Program-made: the position numbers and the translations under genes
Notes under the pieces: generated by a model
The model's database searches: none
What the model saw: the letters and a program-made list of their open reading frames with translations, nothing else
Told to the model about the DNA's origin: nothing
Shown here: positions 23,701 through 37,915 of the stretch, piece by piece
Layout of the letters: every line of letters starts with the position of its first letter
Position numbering within the stretch: the stretch's first letter is position 1
NCBI GenBank assembly: GCA_951406725.2
Contig: OX597814.1
Location: forward strand, 40,238,001-40,302,000
Direction: 5' to 3'
DNA: 64,000 nucleotides
DNA from: Octopus vulgaris
Lineage: Eukaryota

Positions 23701-25620
23701 AAAGGCGTGCCTTGTTCCTTAAAAGCATATAGCTCTTACAAAGAAGGGACGAACAAAGACAGACGGCAAAATTCAGTGTCTTCCACTATGTTCATTTCCC
23801 TCACGTCCCGTTATCTTAGCTCTTATGACATTTCTCATCTTCGTAACCCTCTTTTAAATCACTATACTCTCCTTAAATTCCACCAACCTTCTCAAATGTC
23901 CTCTTTTCGCTTCGTCTTTCCTTCTCTTCTCTGTCCCGATGTTCCTGGTACTTGTGTGTCCACCTCACTGCCGCTCCTCGTTGTTTCTTCCTTTCCTTTC
24001 TGAACAGTTTATTTTTCATTTGTTCCCTCTTCTGCAATTTTCTGTTTTGCTACCTCTGCACATTCTATCTGTATCTCCTCCAAATTGCCTTTTCTCTTTT
24101 TTCTTTGAACTTTTTGGAGGAGATGATGCAAAATCTTTATTCTTTTAGAAACTTGTTATTTGTTTACATACCATTTCTTTATAACTAATACTCAGTCCAA
24201 TATTAAGTTTACATTTGATGACTTCCCTTTGCTTTTACAATAATGAATACTAACAGATGGCATTTTATAACAATTTGCTACTTAAACGAATTATCTCATT
24301 CCATCTAGTAGTGATAAATACGATAATTCTATTGGAGATATATTGGGTTTATTACACATTTGTTACTTCTTTTATTGATTTCATTCACTCCTCAGGCATA
24401 TAGGTAGTATGGTGTATAAATTCCTATCTACGCCTACCGTAATAATTTTAATTCATGTTCCTCTCCTCATTGCTTCATTGAAATTTTTCTAACTCCTGTC
24501 TATAATGAATCCGAATACTTCCTGAAATATGGTTTACCACTTAAAATATTCAATTTCAGATTTTTAAAATACAAATATTGGTTAATTGAACTTTCATCGA
24601 TGTTGATGCTGGTTAGTTGTTTTAGAATCACACAAACGTGGATAAAATTAGTCTTAGATTATGCGTTTTCTAAACAAAAACGATAACTTTTTAATACTGT
24701 TTTGTTCAGCGGGTTGATGGAATTGTTTGGGTTCCGTTCAAAATTTGTTGCTTTCACAGTATATGGCCGAACCTGTTTTACACATAACTGGTATATCAGG
24801 TATCCATCAGTGGTCAAAATGTAAAATACACCCTGGAAATCAATAACGTCAAAGCATCTAATTTCGTTGTGAAGATACCGTCTTTCAGAGACACCTATAG
24901 ACACCCACATAGAGACGCAAACGCACACAAATGCACCCCCCACACACACACATATTTACGCCCAAACACATACACATATATTCGTTAGATCATATTGACG
25001 AATTGTTTTTGAGTAACCGCTTTTATAAATGTATGAGATTCTATCATAGGGTGTATGAGTTCAACTCTTCTACAATTGCTATTATACCGTGAGGGAAAGG
25101 GGAATGAAAATAATTCTATTTAATTAAAAATTTGATGAAGTATAATTAATTCTAATCAATTGATGAGGATGAAGAACTATCAGAATATTGATTCAGTTAA
25201 GTGTAGTTCAGAAAAGTTAACGCATTTAGAAATCCACGAGTATGAGCAGTGCAAATAACTATTTATTTTTCATATTCTACAAGCACTTATTCCATAATTT
25301 CAGTTAATCAAATTGTCAATGACATCAAATTCTTCCACATAGCTTGCTAAAAGTTCAAATATGTTGTGACCTTACCGTATCTATAATGATTTAAACAAAA
25401 GTCTTCATCACAATTTTTCTTTTCATTTATCATATTCGCACGGCTGCTGTCTGCTTTATGAATTTCAAGCGGCATACTGCCTGTCCATAATAATTTATTC
25501 ATAATCATGGTTGCAGTTGTTTAGCTCTTACACGCAATTGCATTTTATTTTAGTACGTACAAGATAATAAATCGTAATATGAAATATATTTGAAATTTGA
25601 TATCAATCATTCTATAACAG

Positions 25621-25816
25621 AAATCTCAGTAGAATATATCAGTTCACACACACTACAGACAATGATGGACTATTGGAGTTATGAGTCAAATAAAATCGAT
25701 AAAATATTGAAAATACTCCAGCGTTTATGGCAAAAAGAAGATTCATTGCGTAAAGAGAATAGCCACAAAACTCTTTCGGATTACATACTGACTAAAAATA
25801 GGACATATTTCATAAG
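25621..25816 (+). CDS. Candidate internal coding exon of an unidentified host gene
   Basis: cattctataacag| ... AAG|gtaaat. The open frame EISVEYISSHTLQTMMDYW...KNRTYFI is phase-compatible with 30584. Confidence 0.45.
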
Positions 25817-25920
25817 GTAAATACGGATATCTGCATGAAGAGGGAGCGTCGTTCACGGATCCTCTAGTCGTTCGTACGCATCAATAAAAACATATATAAC
25901 AAGAACAAAAAGAACTAAAA

Positions 25921-26236
25921 AAAAGGTTTTAAATTTACTACATCTGTTTCAATAGCATTTTATTGATGCATTCATAGATTCCATCATAGCATAAATTCAC
26001 TATCCTTAGGTAAGATTTTAAACATGTATAAAAATTAGTTAAAATTTTGATAATGTCTTATTAAACAGCTATCACGTTAACATGTTAATGATAGAGATCT
26101 TAATCTTCAATTTTCATCTTTTCTGTTTATACATGCTTAAAAGTTTACCTGTAAATGATGGATGCATATTGTGTTGTAATCTAAGAAACTGTTATTAAAG
26201 TACTACCGAAACAGCCGTAGCGAATATTAAAACCTA
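25921..26236. repeat. Ancient inverted repeat with hammerhead 3'-half relics (old inverted PLE ends)
   Basis: Arms ~25921-26035 and ~26120-26236. Both read GAAACAG(a/c)(t/c)GTAg..aat.ttaaaacc outward. Confidence 0.5.
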
Positions 26237-26974
26237 CTTGTGATCTTCGCATATAACCACGCAGTATCTGGAAACCAATCTTATACTGATCTTGCCTTAT
26301 GCTGAATTTCGTTCAATATGGTTATTTGAAGATATTTAATTCAGAAATGCGTTTGTAAATTTTAAGATACTTTTGAATATGTTAGGAAGAAATCATTCAA
26401 CGTCTGAAAATTTCGCGTTCAAGATATGTGATTTATTTATTTTGTGATTTATTTATACTTTCTACAAGACATCTAGATGACAGTATCATGTGCAGGCTGG
26501 ACAATATGCTTACCGACATTCTGTTTGTCTTTACGCTGTGATTTCAAATTCCGCTGAGATCCACTATGCGTCTCATCTCTTTTGTAGAGAATGAAATAAG
26601 TACTAGTCTAGTAGTGGCTTGGTGTAATCGAGTAGACACCTTACCAAAAAGTTCGGGCCTTGTGCATAAAGTAGAAAGGATTTGTATGCCTGCTTGTGTT
26701 GGTGTTTTTGAATATTAGTAAGCGTTTGAGAAATCATGTATATTTGTGGATACCATAAACCATTCTAAAATATCTGACATCCTTCTCTTAAATTCACAAG
26801 CGAAACCAACTGTCGTGACCACTTCTTACGTGCAGAAATACATATACAATTAAGTATGATATATTTTACAAAACAAAAAGTAAGAAAATACACACACACA
26901 CACACGTACTTGAACTAGTCACCATATCTCACTCGTTAATTGTATGGAAAATGTAGTTCCTCTGTAGTATATAT

Positions 26975-27330
26975 GTTTCTTTATTAGCCACACAGGACTG
27001 CGCACAGACAGGAAAGATTACAAAGTAGAGCTTTTCTTTTTGTGGGAGAAGAAAAAAAAGAAGAAAAAATATAAAGGTGGTGTAGGTTTTCGATCAAAAG
27101 GAATCGTAAAAGGAAAAGCAGAAAGAAGAAAAAAAAGGGAAAAGAAACATAAAAGGAAAAACAACAAAGAAAGAAAAAACAACGATCAAGGTATCGTGTA
27201 TCACAGATGTAAGGTGTAAAGGGGAAGCAGATAAGGTTTATTCGTGGGAAGAAAAGCCTACGGAAAAGACCACTATAACCTCGGCCAATATTGTAACATG
27301 TTACCACATTTGTTTGCAAGTAGATAACCC
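26975..27330 (-). mobile_element. 3' end of a Tx1/L1-like LINE
   Basis: Pyrimidine-rich 3'UTR ending gtcctgtgtggctAATAAAgaaac on the minus strand, the same terminal style as 22231. Confidence 0.45.
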
Positions 27331-27994
27331 TCCGTTTTCAATTTCCGGGTTCATAGGATTATGCTCGTCCGAAATTTCTTTCGAATATTCGAATAAAAAC
27401 ATTACTTTTCTTGGGATGACGCAAATCGATTATATCCCCGTCCTAGTCTGCAACACATCGATTCCAATAAAATAACGTAAAGCCTAAAGAAATGACGCTA
27501 ACCATTATGTTTTACTGGACATCAAGTTATAAGAGGATATAGCTAATTCAAGACTTAGAGAAATACAATTGACATATTAAAACATTTAAAACAAAAGTCC
27601 CGCTGATGATTCGAAATACAAAAGAGGACTATAAACACAAATTCTCAAGCAATTTACTCCAAACGTTACGTGTAAAATCTCTATTTATGGAAATAATTTT
27701 CTCAGGATGTGATCGGTGAGACAATGATGTCAACTATTTGACATTAATACAGCCCGGACCCGTGAAGAACAATAAACATAATCTTGATTCGCCTGAACTA
27801 TTCCGTGAGAGGTTATTTGCGAAACTGGAGGGAGTTGTGACAAATATCTGATTCACCCACGGCCACAAAATGGGCTCGGTGTCTGTGGCTTGAGGAAAAT
27901 TTGCCATTAATACCTAAGAATACTGTCCTCTACAAAATGAGGCAAAACTCTGACTAGTGGGAGGAAATACGCATACATACATGCACGCATACGT

Positions 27995-28103
<109 letters not shown>

Positions 28104-28839
28104 AATATTAAAGGAAATGGGAAAATAAAAAACACATAATAAAAAATGTATTTACATTCTATTATAATATAATTGTATCATATATATCCCTATTCATTAA
28201 TTGTTTTCATCCTAGCATATAGTAATTTTTAATAAAATATATTTCCTACTCCAACATAAATTCTCAACATATTCTATACATCCTATTATATAAAAAAATG
28301 GTCAGTGATTATTTTCGTTTAAAATATCTTTAGATTCATATTATTGGAGATGCAGAAGAACACTTTATTAGTGTTCTAATTTTTCTTTACTTAATTATTT
28401 CATTTATTTGAATTTTGTTTTTGTCTTTATTATATTTCTTATATTTTTGAGTTAATAATACTCACAATTGTAAACATATGTATATTTCAAATTAGTCTCT
28501 TTTATGATTTAGCAGTTCTAGTATGGAATTTTGGTCTGCTTTTTGAACAAATATTACCCGTAAGAAACTCATATGCATAAATGTGAATTTTATAAATTCA
28601 CTAGTGGATATCAGTCGGAACAAGATTTGGAATTATATTTGTTTTATTATGAGTTATATTATACAATATTTGTTTTGTATAGCTGTTATAATATAATGTA
28701 AATTGTTTAATATGTCAATTGTATTTCTTTATTTCTTTGAAAATTTTATTTTGTAATTTTATTCGTGGCATACAGCTGAAGTACCAATGATAATTGAACA
28801 TTTTTTATCCCCATGAAGGATATAGTTTTTTCCTTGTTT

Positions 28840-28884
<45 letters not shown>

Positions 28885-28926
28885 GTGATAATGATGATGA
28901 TGATGATGATTATGATGATGATGATT

Positions 28927-28973
<47 letters not shown>

Positions 28974-28992
28974 AATGCTGCTGCTGCTGATG

Positions 28993-29060
<68 letters not shown>

Positions 29061-29061
<1 letters not shown>

Positions 29062-29611
29062 TGCCCTGATGAAATACCAGGTAGTGACTCTCGTGGCTTC
29101 TGATTTTAACTGAATGGAAATATTATCATGTACATTGTTTTGTCTTGCTGCAAAAGATGGGCTACAGCAAATATTCTGCTCATTACCACAGATTTGCTTG
29201 TCAAATGTTTGACCTTAACCAGTTGAGCATGTTCCTTATTGGCTGACGATATATGCATCTCTGATCACAAGCAGTAGTGGGGGAGCATCATAGCCATATG
29301 TTGAGAGGGACTCTTTGGGATTTGAATAATTCACCTCTGGAAACATGGATGTTTCATTCAACATCTTTAAACAACCCTTATTCAAGGACCTTTTGAGCGG
29401 GATGGGTTACTCGGCCAGAAGACACTTCTAATTGAGCCCCACCTGCAAGGTCATATGCCGTTTATCTTGATATGAGAGCACCAGGTCACGCACATATGGC
29501 TGTGATGCATATGCCTGGTGTATCCTTATCAGACGGGTAGTCATGATGGGTATACTGGGCTTCGTATATTTTACCCCAGTGTCACTTTGATGGCATGCAC
29601 TGCTCTGTCAC

Positions 29612-29612
<1 letters not shown>
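29061..29612. mobile_element. ~550-bp non-coding insert inside (TAA)n (probable non-autonomous retroposon)
   Basis: GC-richer block with (TAA)n directly on both sides and no ORF. Confidence 0.5.
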
Positions 29613-29669
<57 letters not shown>

Positions 29670-29671
<2 letters not shown>

Positions 29672-29936
29672 TAACAAAAACACCAGGACTTACAAACACA
29701 TATAACATACAGAAAATTGCACTACTAGGCACTACTAGATGAAGAAGAAGTAGAAGAATACATGGAACAGATAGGGGCTGTATAAAGAGTGGTGTACTTG
29801 CTGAAAACAGTACTGCTTGGAGCCGCTGTAATACTCCGGAAAGTGCTCGAAAAATAAGAGGTGTTACCTTTGTTCACTGGTAGTGAACAGCTTACACAGT
29901 AGTAAATATCCAGCGTTAAAAGCTGTGCAAAGGCAC

Positions 29937-29937
<1 letters not shown>
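29670..29937 (+). mobile_element. Two fused R4/Dong 3'-end fragments
   Basis: 29670-29733 matches the reverse complement of 48748-48810 (ITKTPGLTNTYNIQKIALLGT). The next piece encodes a paralogous C-terminus (LLKTVLLGAAVILRKVLEK*) and ends in (TAA)n. Confidence 0.75.
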
Positions 29938-30025
<88 letters not shown>

Positions 30026-30583
30026 TATACATACGAAGAGGGAAAAGGTTAGAAAGAGAATGACCCTTCCAGCTAAGTACTTACTTTCATACATTCACAA
30101 GTATCTCATGTACTCCCATAAAAGCATAGAAACATATACAACTAGAATGATGTTTATAGAATCGATTCCTTGGAACAGTTCTACAACGAAATTTTTGCCA
30201 TCGTTATCCTTTACCATAAACAATTCTGTTGTACAGGAACGCCTAACAATGGATGATACATATTTATCCAAAGAGATGTTTAGCCATTCCTATCATTGAA
30301 CAGTTTTCCTTTCCTTCCATATTTCCTTATTTGCTCTCTGTTTAAAACCTTTTTGCCGTTGCCTTCCTCTCTTTCTTTGTCTCTAATCTATAAACGTATA
30401 TGCCTTCATAGACTTTAAAATCAATATATCGGTAGAACTGTGAATATACGTGGATTTTTGTCTATATGCCTATTTAAGCACTTGTAATCGGGTACACAGT
30501 TTCTAAATCAATGATGTGGAACTATATTGATCACACAAGGAACTATGTTTCCTTCAAAAGTATTTAATTACTTTCGATATTAG

Positions 30584-30722
30584 CGACGTGCGCAAAGAAA
30601 TTCTTGCCAAGTATTCTCAGGCTTTAGATATATTCACGAGATATCTTTTCAGACATAACATTTTGAAGGTTCTTAATGAAGTGAAGAATATGTTTAATGA
30701 TCTGCAAAATAAAATTGATTAA
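30584..30722 (+). CDS. Candidate terminal coding exon of the same unidentified host gene
   Basis: ctttcgatattag| then (S)DVRKEILAKYSQALDIFTRYLFRHNILKVLNEVKNMFNDLQNKID*. AATAAA follows at ~30749 and ~30974. Confidence 0.45.
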
Positions 30723-31238
30723 TTAGGCATAATGTTCCATTAACAGATAATAAACCGAAAATATAGGATTATTTAAAATCATTATCTTCAAACGAATTAA
30801 CCAACCTAAGGAAGCTATAAATCTTTAGCTTCAGTAATATGTGTGCCAAATATTTATTATATTGAACATGGTGAAATATAAAAGAATTTTTTTTCCAGAG
30901 ATTAATGTAATGTTAATGGTTGTTTGGAAGGCAATATTTCTTTAATACTTTTATATTATTGTACTTTGATTTAAATAAAACTGAACTTTATCGTAAGGCT
31001 GTAGATTCTCAAATGACATATTATAGGCAAATTATTTGCCTTTTTTAAAAATGGTTTCTTCATAACATGCACAGCAACGCTTTGTAAATTTGCTACACGT
31101 AACAAGCTTCAATTATGAAACGAAACAATGAACTTAGGCATTTTATTGGTACAGATGGGTTAATTTTTGCAACGCTCAGTCAATCACAAAGGATATGTGG
31201 ATATTTGCCTCTTCGTATGTGTATGTCTGTGTGTGTCT

Positions 31239-31291
<53 letters not shown>

Positions 31292-31676
31292 TGTGTGTGT
31301 TTGCTGTGAACTTGCTAGCTGCTCGCTAGAAAGATATATTGAAAGATAGATTAATTGAATAATAAAGATAGGGCTAGATTGATTCATTGGTTGATAGGTG
31401 AAAGGTAGCTAGATTGATTAATTGGTTGATAAACAGATAGATAGATAGCTTGATATATAGACATGTTGCAAATGAACAGAGAATGAAAGAAAACCTCATA
31501 GATCGGAGAAGTTTTATCTAAAACTTTATAGTAGAAGTTTTAAAAAGAAAGGGAAGAAACTTAATGTTTCGTACTCCAAGCATCGTCAGAAATATATACG
31601 AGGACAATTATCTATGTATGCATTTATGTATGTATGTATGTATGTATCTATCAATCTATAGATATATATAGATATG

Positions 31677-31723
<47 letters not shown>

Positions 31724-32789
31724 ATTCCCTTTCATTCATCTCTCTCTCTCTCTATTTATCTATCCCTCCATCTACCTACCTACCTTCCTACATAGCCAGC
31801 CAGCCATCATCTATCTATCTACCTTTCTATCTAGAAATATATATACGCCCGTTCATAGAAACCTCTATGAGTATCAAAATATAACACAATATAATCTACA
31901 TACTTTTAGTTGTCGGGTAAAGGGTTGTAATCTTCGTGATGTTTGGTAACATGTAAGGGATTCAGGAGAAAATGAAACATGTTTCACTTTATAATGATAG
32001 GTAACTGGCTTTCCTAAACTATGTTTTAATAATATATATCATGAAAATTTATTATATACGTCTACGATTCTTCTGCTAGACACTCATATATTCAAATTTA
32101 TATCAAAAAGGTAGAATATTCTTACTTGGAAAATAAAATACCATGTACGGAGTGTCTTGTAAACGAATATGCGTAGAGACGTCTTAGTAAAGATTTCCTG
32201 TAATTGATTATAAATATAATTCTGACTTATTTTCGCGGATAAATCGTATATACTCTCATGTCGCATCCTACTAGTATTTATATCCAACATTTTACACGGC
32301 AATTTCCTGTGTTATTCTCCTTTGTGGTGTAAATATCAGTATGATTACCATTTAATAACTTATAGCTTGATGCATATCCAACAACTGTACATAAAAATCG
32401 CCAGACAAAATAGCTTTGTAATTGATTTTATTTGAGAGGTATTACAATTACAAAGACAAAATTTGAGAACTTTATATTTCATGGCTACCATTCGATGAAG
32501 TATAATAGGTAAAATAGGAATGTTACTACTATTTGAAAGGGAGATAATTATGTATATATCCAAGAAAGCTGAACTGACATTGAAGAGTACTCGGGAATAC
32601 CTGTACGCATGAACGTATACACTAGTATTATAATGTATAAAGGTAATCATAATTAAAATGTTACCCATATATAATACATGCATGAACATGAGATGCATAA
32701 CGTTGTAACACGTCCATATAAATACACACATATAGTCATGCGTTGGAGTGAGCATATGAGTATGTATACACATTTTTGAGTCTCGGAAG

Positions 32790-32829
<40 letters not shown>

Positions 32830-32831
32830 AT

Positions 32832-33040
32832 TTACTCTTTTACTCTTTTACTTGTTTCAGTCATTTGACTGCGGCCATGCTGGAGCACCGCCTTTAGTCG
32901 AGCAAATCGACTCAAGGACTTATTCTTTGTAAGCCCTGTACTTCTTCTATCGGTCTGTTTTGCCGAACCGCTAAGTTACGGGGACGTAAACACACCAGCA
33001 TCGGTTGTCAAGCAATGCTAGGGGGACAAACACAGACACA

Positions 33041-33109
<69 letters not shown>

Positions 33110-33268
33110 GTATATACGATGGGCTTCTTTCAGTTTTCGTCTACCAAATCCACTCACAAGGCATTGGTCGGCACGGAGCTATAGCAGAAGATACTTGCCC
33201 AAGATGCCACGCAGTAGGACTGAACCCGGAACCATGTGGTTTGTAAGCAAGCTACTTACGACACAGCC
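32832..33268 (-). mobile_element. SINE family A, near full length (tRNA head, CORE-like cttgggcaagt, internal (TA)/(TG) microsatellite, (gagtaaaa)n tail)
   Basis: At least five copies in the window. Resembles octopus OR-type SINEs (inference). Confidence 0.85.
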
Positions 33269-36106
33269 AGAGAGAGAGAGAGAGAATATGATAGTTTTAA
33301 TGGGCATAAGTCTCTAGTATATGGTACAACTGTATTTCGCTCGTATATTAGCTAAACTTTAATAAAATTTGGTATAAGATAAACATTTTAGATATTAGTC
33401 TTAAACATTCAGACAAGCAACATCATAAATCAGATTATGATATGAGATAGTGTTCCATTCAAATTACCAAATATTTATATTACGACATAAATGATAAAGA
33501 TATATAAATATAAGAATATAAGCATAAAAATCTATAAGGAGTACCATGATAGTAGAAAATATAGAATAAATTAAAGGAAGCGATTGAAAAGATCAGTCCA
33601 AACCTGTGGCCGTTTCAGAAAGGTAAGGCAATACATGTTATAATTCTATTTGGTCATTGAATCATCGAATGGAGGAATAATAATAGAAATATAAATATAA
33701 ATGACAGAATGAATCCGGACAGACCAAATTCAAAAGTATAATTATTTGTATACAAAAATTAAATAAGAAATTAAAAGGGTTGACGGGTGAGCTTTATTTA
33801 ATCATGTAAATACTAGCCTATTAGAATATTCAATTTGGTATATATATAAATGGACATAAACGCAGGTGTTATCCAAATTTATTTACTTCTGCAGTATATT
33901 TCGAATACATCATTAGTATTATCCAAAAAGGAATAACATGGTGTAAAACAATGCAATCTTCTCATCAGGGAAAGAATGAAACCAAACTCATCAAGAAGAA
34001 TTTTTTACAAAAGGTGATGACTGGGTATATGATAAAGGTAAGACTATCAAGTTTATTTTAAAGCACCATAAGTTGATATAACATCAAAGGTAGTATATAG
34101 AAAGAGAAGAGAAGAGGAGAAAGAATGAAATTAGCAGAAGACTAACAGTGGAGAGATATAGAGCGATAAGTGAATTAGAATAAAGCTTAAAGGAATGAAA
34201 GTAGATATATGTAGTGGAAGAGCAATGTAAGAAGACATTCAAAGGTTGGATTTTATAGAATGATAGAAATCACTTATAGAAACTAAAGGTATTTTTCTAC
34301 TGAACATTGCAACGACAAAAGCGTTCTATGAAGGTGTTTACAAGGGGTGTCTTTGAGAATAGGATGAAGGAATCAAAAAGGTTTACCTTTGTCATAAGGT
34401 AAAGAAATGGAGAGAAAATTCCATTCCAAATTAAATTGCTTATTATGATCAGATTATTAATTTACTACACCCAGTATTGGTGCGTTTATTGATATGCCTA
34501 AATATAGAGTAAGGATTAGATATTCTTTTGGACAACTGAGATGAAGAACTATCGATATCAAACCATCTGTCAGAACTAGAATTAATTTTACATTGATAAA
34601 TAGAGTTTCTAGTCTTAGAATTACTACTAAGAGAGCGAATGCGATTGGAGTTAACTTCAGAAAAAATAACCCCCTTCTATTAATATTATTTAAAAAATGG
34701 TTAGTTTTAACAAAATCAATCCTAGTATTAAATGGAGTTGTATTTAACAACTAATTATTATGCGAAGAGGTGATTTGTGAAAGAATGTGTTAGAAGAACC
34801 GATCCTAATTCGGTGTGAGATAATAATCGAATTGTATCTTGCTTTTCAATAGCATCACGAAACTAGTCAGGGAGATTAAAATTTTTATCTGCTTACTATA
34901 CGGAATCATTATGGACACAATTATGCTAGGACGTACGTTGTTATTAGAGTAATTATCTTTAATAGTCTTCGATGTACCTTTATAATGAAAAAAAATGTAT
35001 TAAATTACGGTTATCTCCCTTACGCTGCAGAAATACATTACTCGATCTGGTGTTGTTGCTCGAAAGAAAATTAAAGTTGCAACTTGATCTCATGTTCTGA
35101 TTATTAGAGGCAGAATTAATATCAATAGGGTTAATATAGGATTTTTTATATATAGCCTGCTTTAAAAAAGACAAATTTTTAAAAATCAGCTTTATCGTTG
35201 AAGATATCAACACTGTCATATAATCTAGAATGTGTAAGTGATGTATTCCTAATTAAATCGTTTGTTATAACCTTAGAGTTAAGAATACCTTAGGATGTCG
35301 TGCAGGAAAAGAAAGGTGATCACATGAGAAAAAGAAAGATGGATGCTGCTCACGTGTGCGCAGCGTGAGATAAAAGAGAAAGAGGGTGACAGAGAGTAAA
35401 ATATTAAACGATAAAGGGGAGAACTAGGTAATTAGAGAAGGATAGAGGTTGCATTATGTATAATGCTCTTCAATATTTGTATGACGATGCGACTCTGACT
35501 CCATCATATAATACACTGACGTATTTTAGAGAGAATCGGAAGCATTCTAGAGGACCTTGTATATAGCCTTTGTTCTTCCAGAGTCGTAGTAATGCAATAG
35601 GAACACGTGTGGATTCTGTTAAATATGGGCAAGACTTTTTGTCATTAAGTGTTTCATATTTCATTTGAGATTTTTTTCCCTATATAAATACATGAATTTA
35701 TAATTTCTCTGCTGTTTAGCAAAGCCTTTGAGAACCTATTTTACATTTCTCAAGTTTCTCACTTGAATGAAATGCAATATATATGGAATTTACATGCATA
35801 TCTGTGAATTTTGCAGAAACATGAAAGGAAATTATTAGCTTGATAATATGTAACAACATTCATGATTGTGATTCATATAATTTCATAACAGGAAGCTGAT
35901 TGATACGTTGGAATACATCATATAACTCAACCCAATAAGCTATCTGATTTATTGATATATTAATTTACAGCGTTATACATTGCTTTCTTACCCCCGAATT
36001 GATCAGTTCTTTTACAGAACAACTGCATAATGGCCGTGATATAAGCATTATTAAACTTTATATTGATACACACAAGCGCGCGCATATACACAAACATGCA
36101 TATATC

Positions 36107-36189
<83 letters not shown>

Positions 36190-36237
36190 TGGTTTATGTT
36201 TTTCACCGTTTGATTTGCCTAATAGTGGTTTTATCTA

Positions 36238-36277
<40 letters not shown>

Positions 36278-37397
36278 TATATATATATATAAGTATGTTT
36301 ATAGATTTTTATGTGGATGTACGTTTGCACATATATGTATGTATGAGCATATGCATGTGCGTAAGTGTGTGTGCTTGTGTATTTACATTGTGCATCTGCA
36401 GAAACCTAAGTATGATTTTACCTGGGGGGCTAAATTCCGACTGCTTTTTTTCTCTAAATTAGGAATATCATTTTGAAACACCATTGTTCATGATCATTTA
36501 GTATGGGTAAAATCCAATATGAAATCCAGCATGAGGCGTTTCTTATTTAAATCTTTCCCATTGTATTTTCGCCGGCATATTATTAAGATCTAAACGTAAT
36601 AACTGCGCATAAAGGTACATTCCTTGCATATTCTGCAATATTACACAATTGTATACTAAAAATATTCTTATATATCAGATAGGAATATACTAAGGAGTTT
36701 TAAAGGTTACGTATTTCTCTTCCTTTTCTTTTAGATCTTATCATGTTAACACAACAATTTTTGGGTGATTATTATTTGTTATTCAATAAAATAAAATATC
36801 ATTTATCGAGAGTGTCAAACATTTATTAAATATATTACCGAAATGCAATGCAATTTAAAAAAAAAAAGAACAATATAATGAGCGCTGTTGCCAATAAGAA
36901 AATATATAATTATTTTCAACATATATTTCACTTTTCATATTATTTTCATAAGAATTTTTTAAAATAATAAAAATAAGACACGCAATCAGTTTCTTTAAAT
37001 TGGGAACGTAAATAGTATCTTCACATAGTTAATATAAGATGCAATATTATTCGATGAAAATCTTAAATACGTCACATTATTAAAATCGGTGTCAATAGAT
37101 GTCATGTATGCACACATGACAAAAATTTAAGGCTTATTCTAAGGATATGCAATTGTTTACTTAGGATTGATATAGATCTAGTTCATCGAAGTGAATTTTG
37201 TGGGTTTTTTAAAAATTTCTGATCTATGAGCAGGTATTGATTTTGTATTCTGTGCACTGTTGATTATCTATGGTTTAGTATTTGTATGTTTGTATGAATG
37301 TATGTTTGTATGTATCTATCTAACTCTTTATCTACCTAGACACGCACACATGCATATAGATATATTTACCTATATATACATGCATAAATAGGTAGGT

Positions 37398-37441
<44 letters not shown>

Positions 37442-37915
37442 GATGTATTTCTGGAAATTCTGCTTTCAAAATCATTGAAGGAAGTAAACTAGAGATAGAT
37501 CGACTCCGATACATGTTCTTATCTTGTCCTTTAATGATTGAAGCATTATAATTCCCCAGGAGATACACTTGCAATAATTTATCATTAATTCAGATTATCA
37601 GCAATGCAAGTATAATAGTTCATTTCAATGTTTAATCTGAAATTTTGTATTCATTTTGTATCTGGAGAGTTTTGTGTAAACTATGCTATGTTCCACTAAG
37701 CTAATTCATATTAGGCATCCTCAAACTTGCATAGGCTACAGATATTAATACACTACTTATGTTCGAACGATGGTTTCAGTCTCATAATTTATTTCACATA
37801 ATGAGTGACGATCCTGCTGGATTACGTGGTTACATGTGGTAATTCTTTGTGAAGTGAATTTCAAAAATTGATTGTCTCCTTTATATCCATTGGTCCAAAA
37901 ATTAATACAATCTCA

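Larger units (their letters stand above)
28843..30023. repeat. Compound (TAA)n/(GAT)n array split by insertions
   Basis: (TAA)n tracts at 28843, 28994, 29613 and 29937, separated by a (GAT)n block and non-repetitive inserts. Confidence 0.9.

Noticed and set aside
27596-27630. CTGATGAttcGAAA hammerhead-like core
   Set aside because: No room for stem II and no NUH/stem III; likely chance within a decayed LINE-like region.
28794-29103. Poly-N/poly-D and poly-M/I ORFs
   Set aside because: (TAA)n/(GAT)n microsatellite translations.
31558-31593. Minus-strand CTGACGA-tgcttggagtac-GAAA motif
   Set aside because: Stems I and III are too eroded to call as a feature; counted only as a possible relic.
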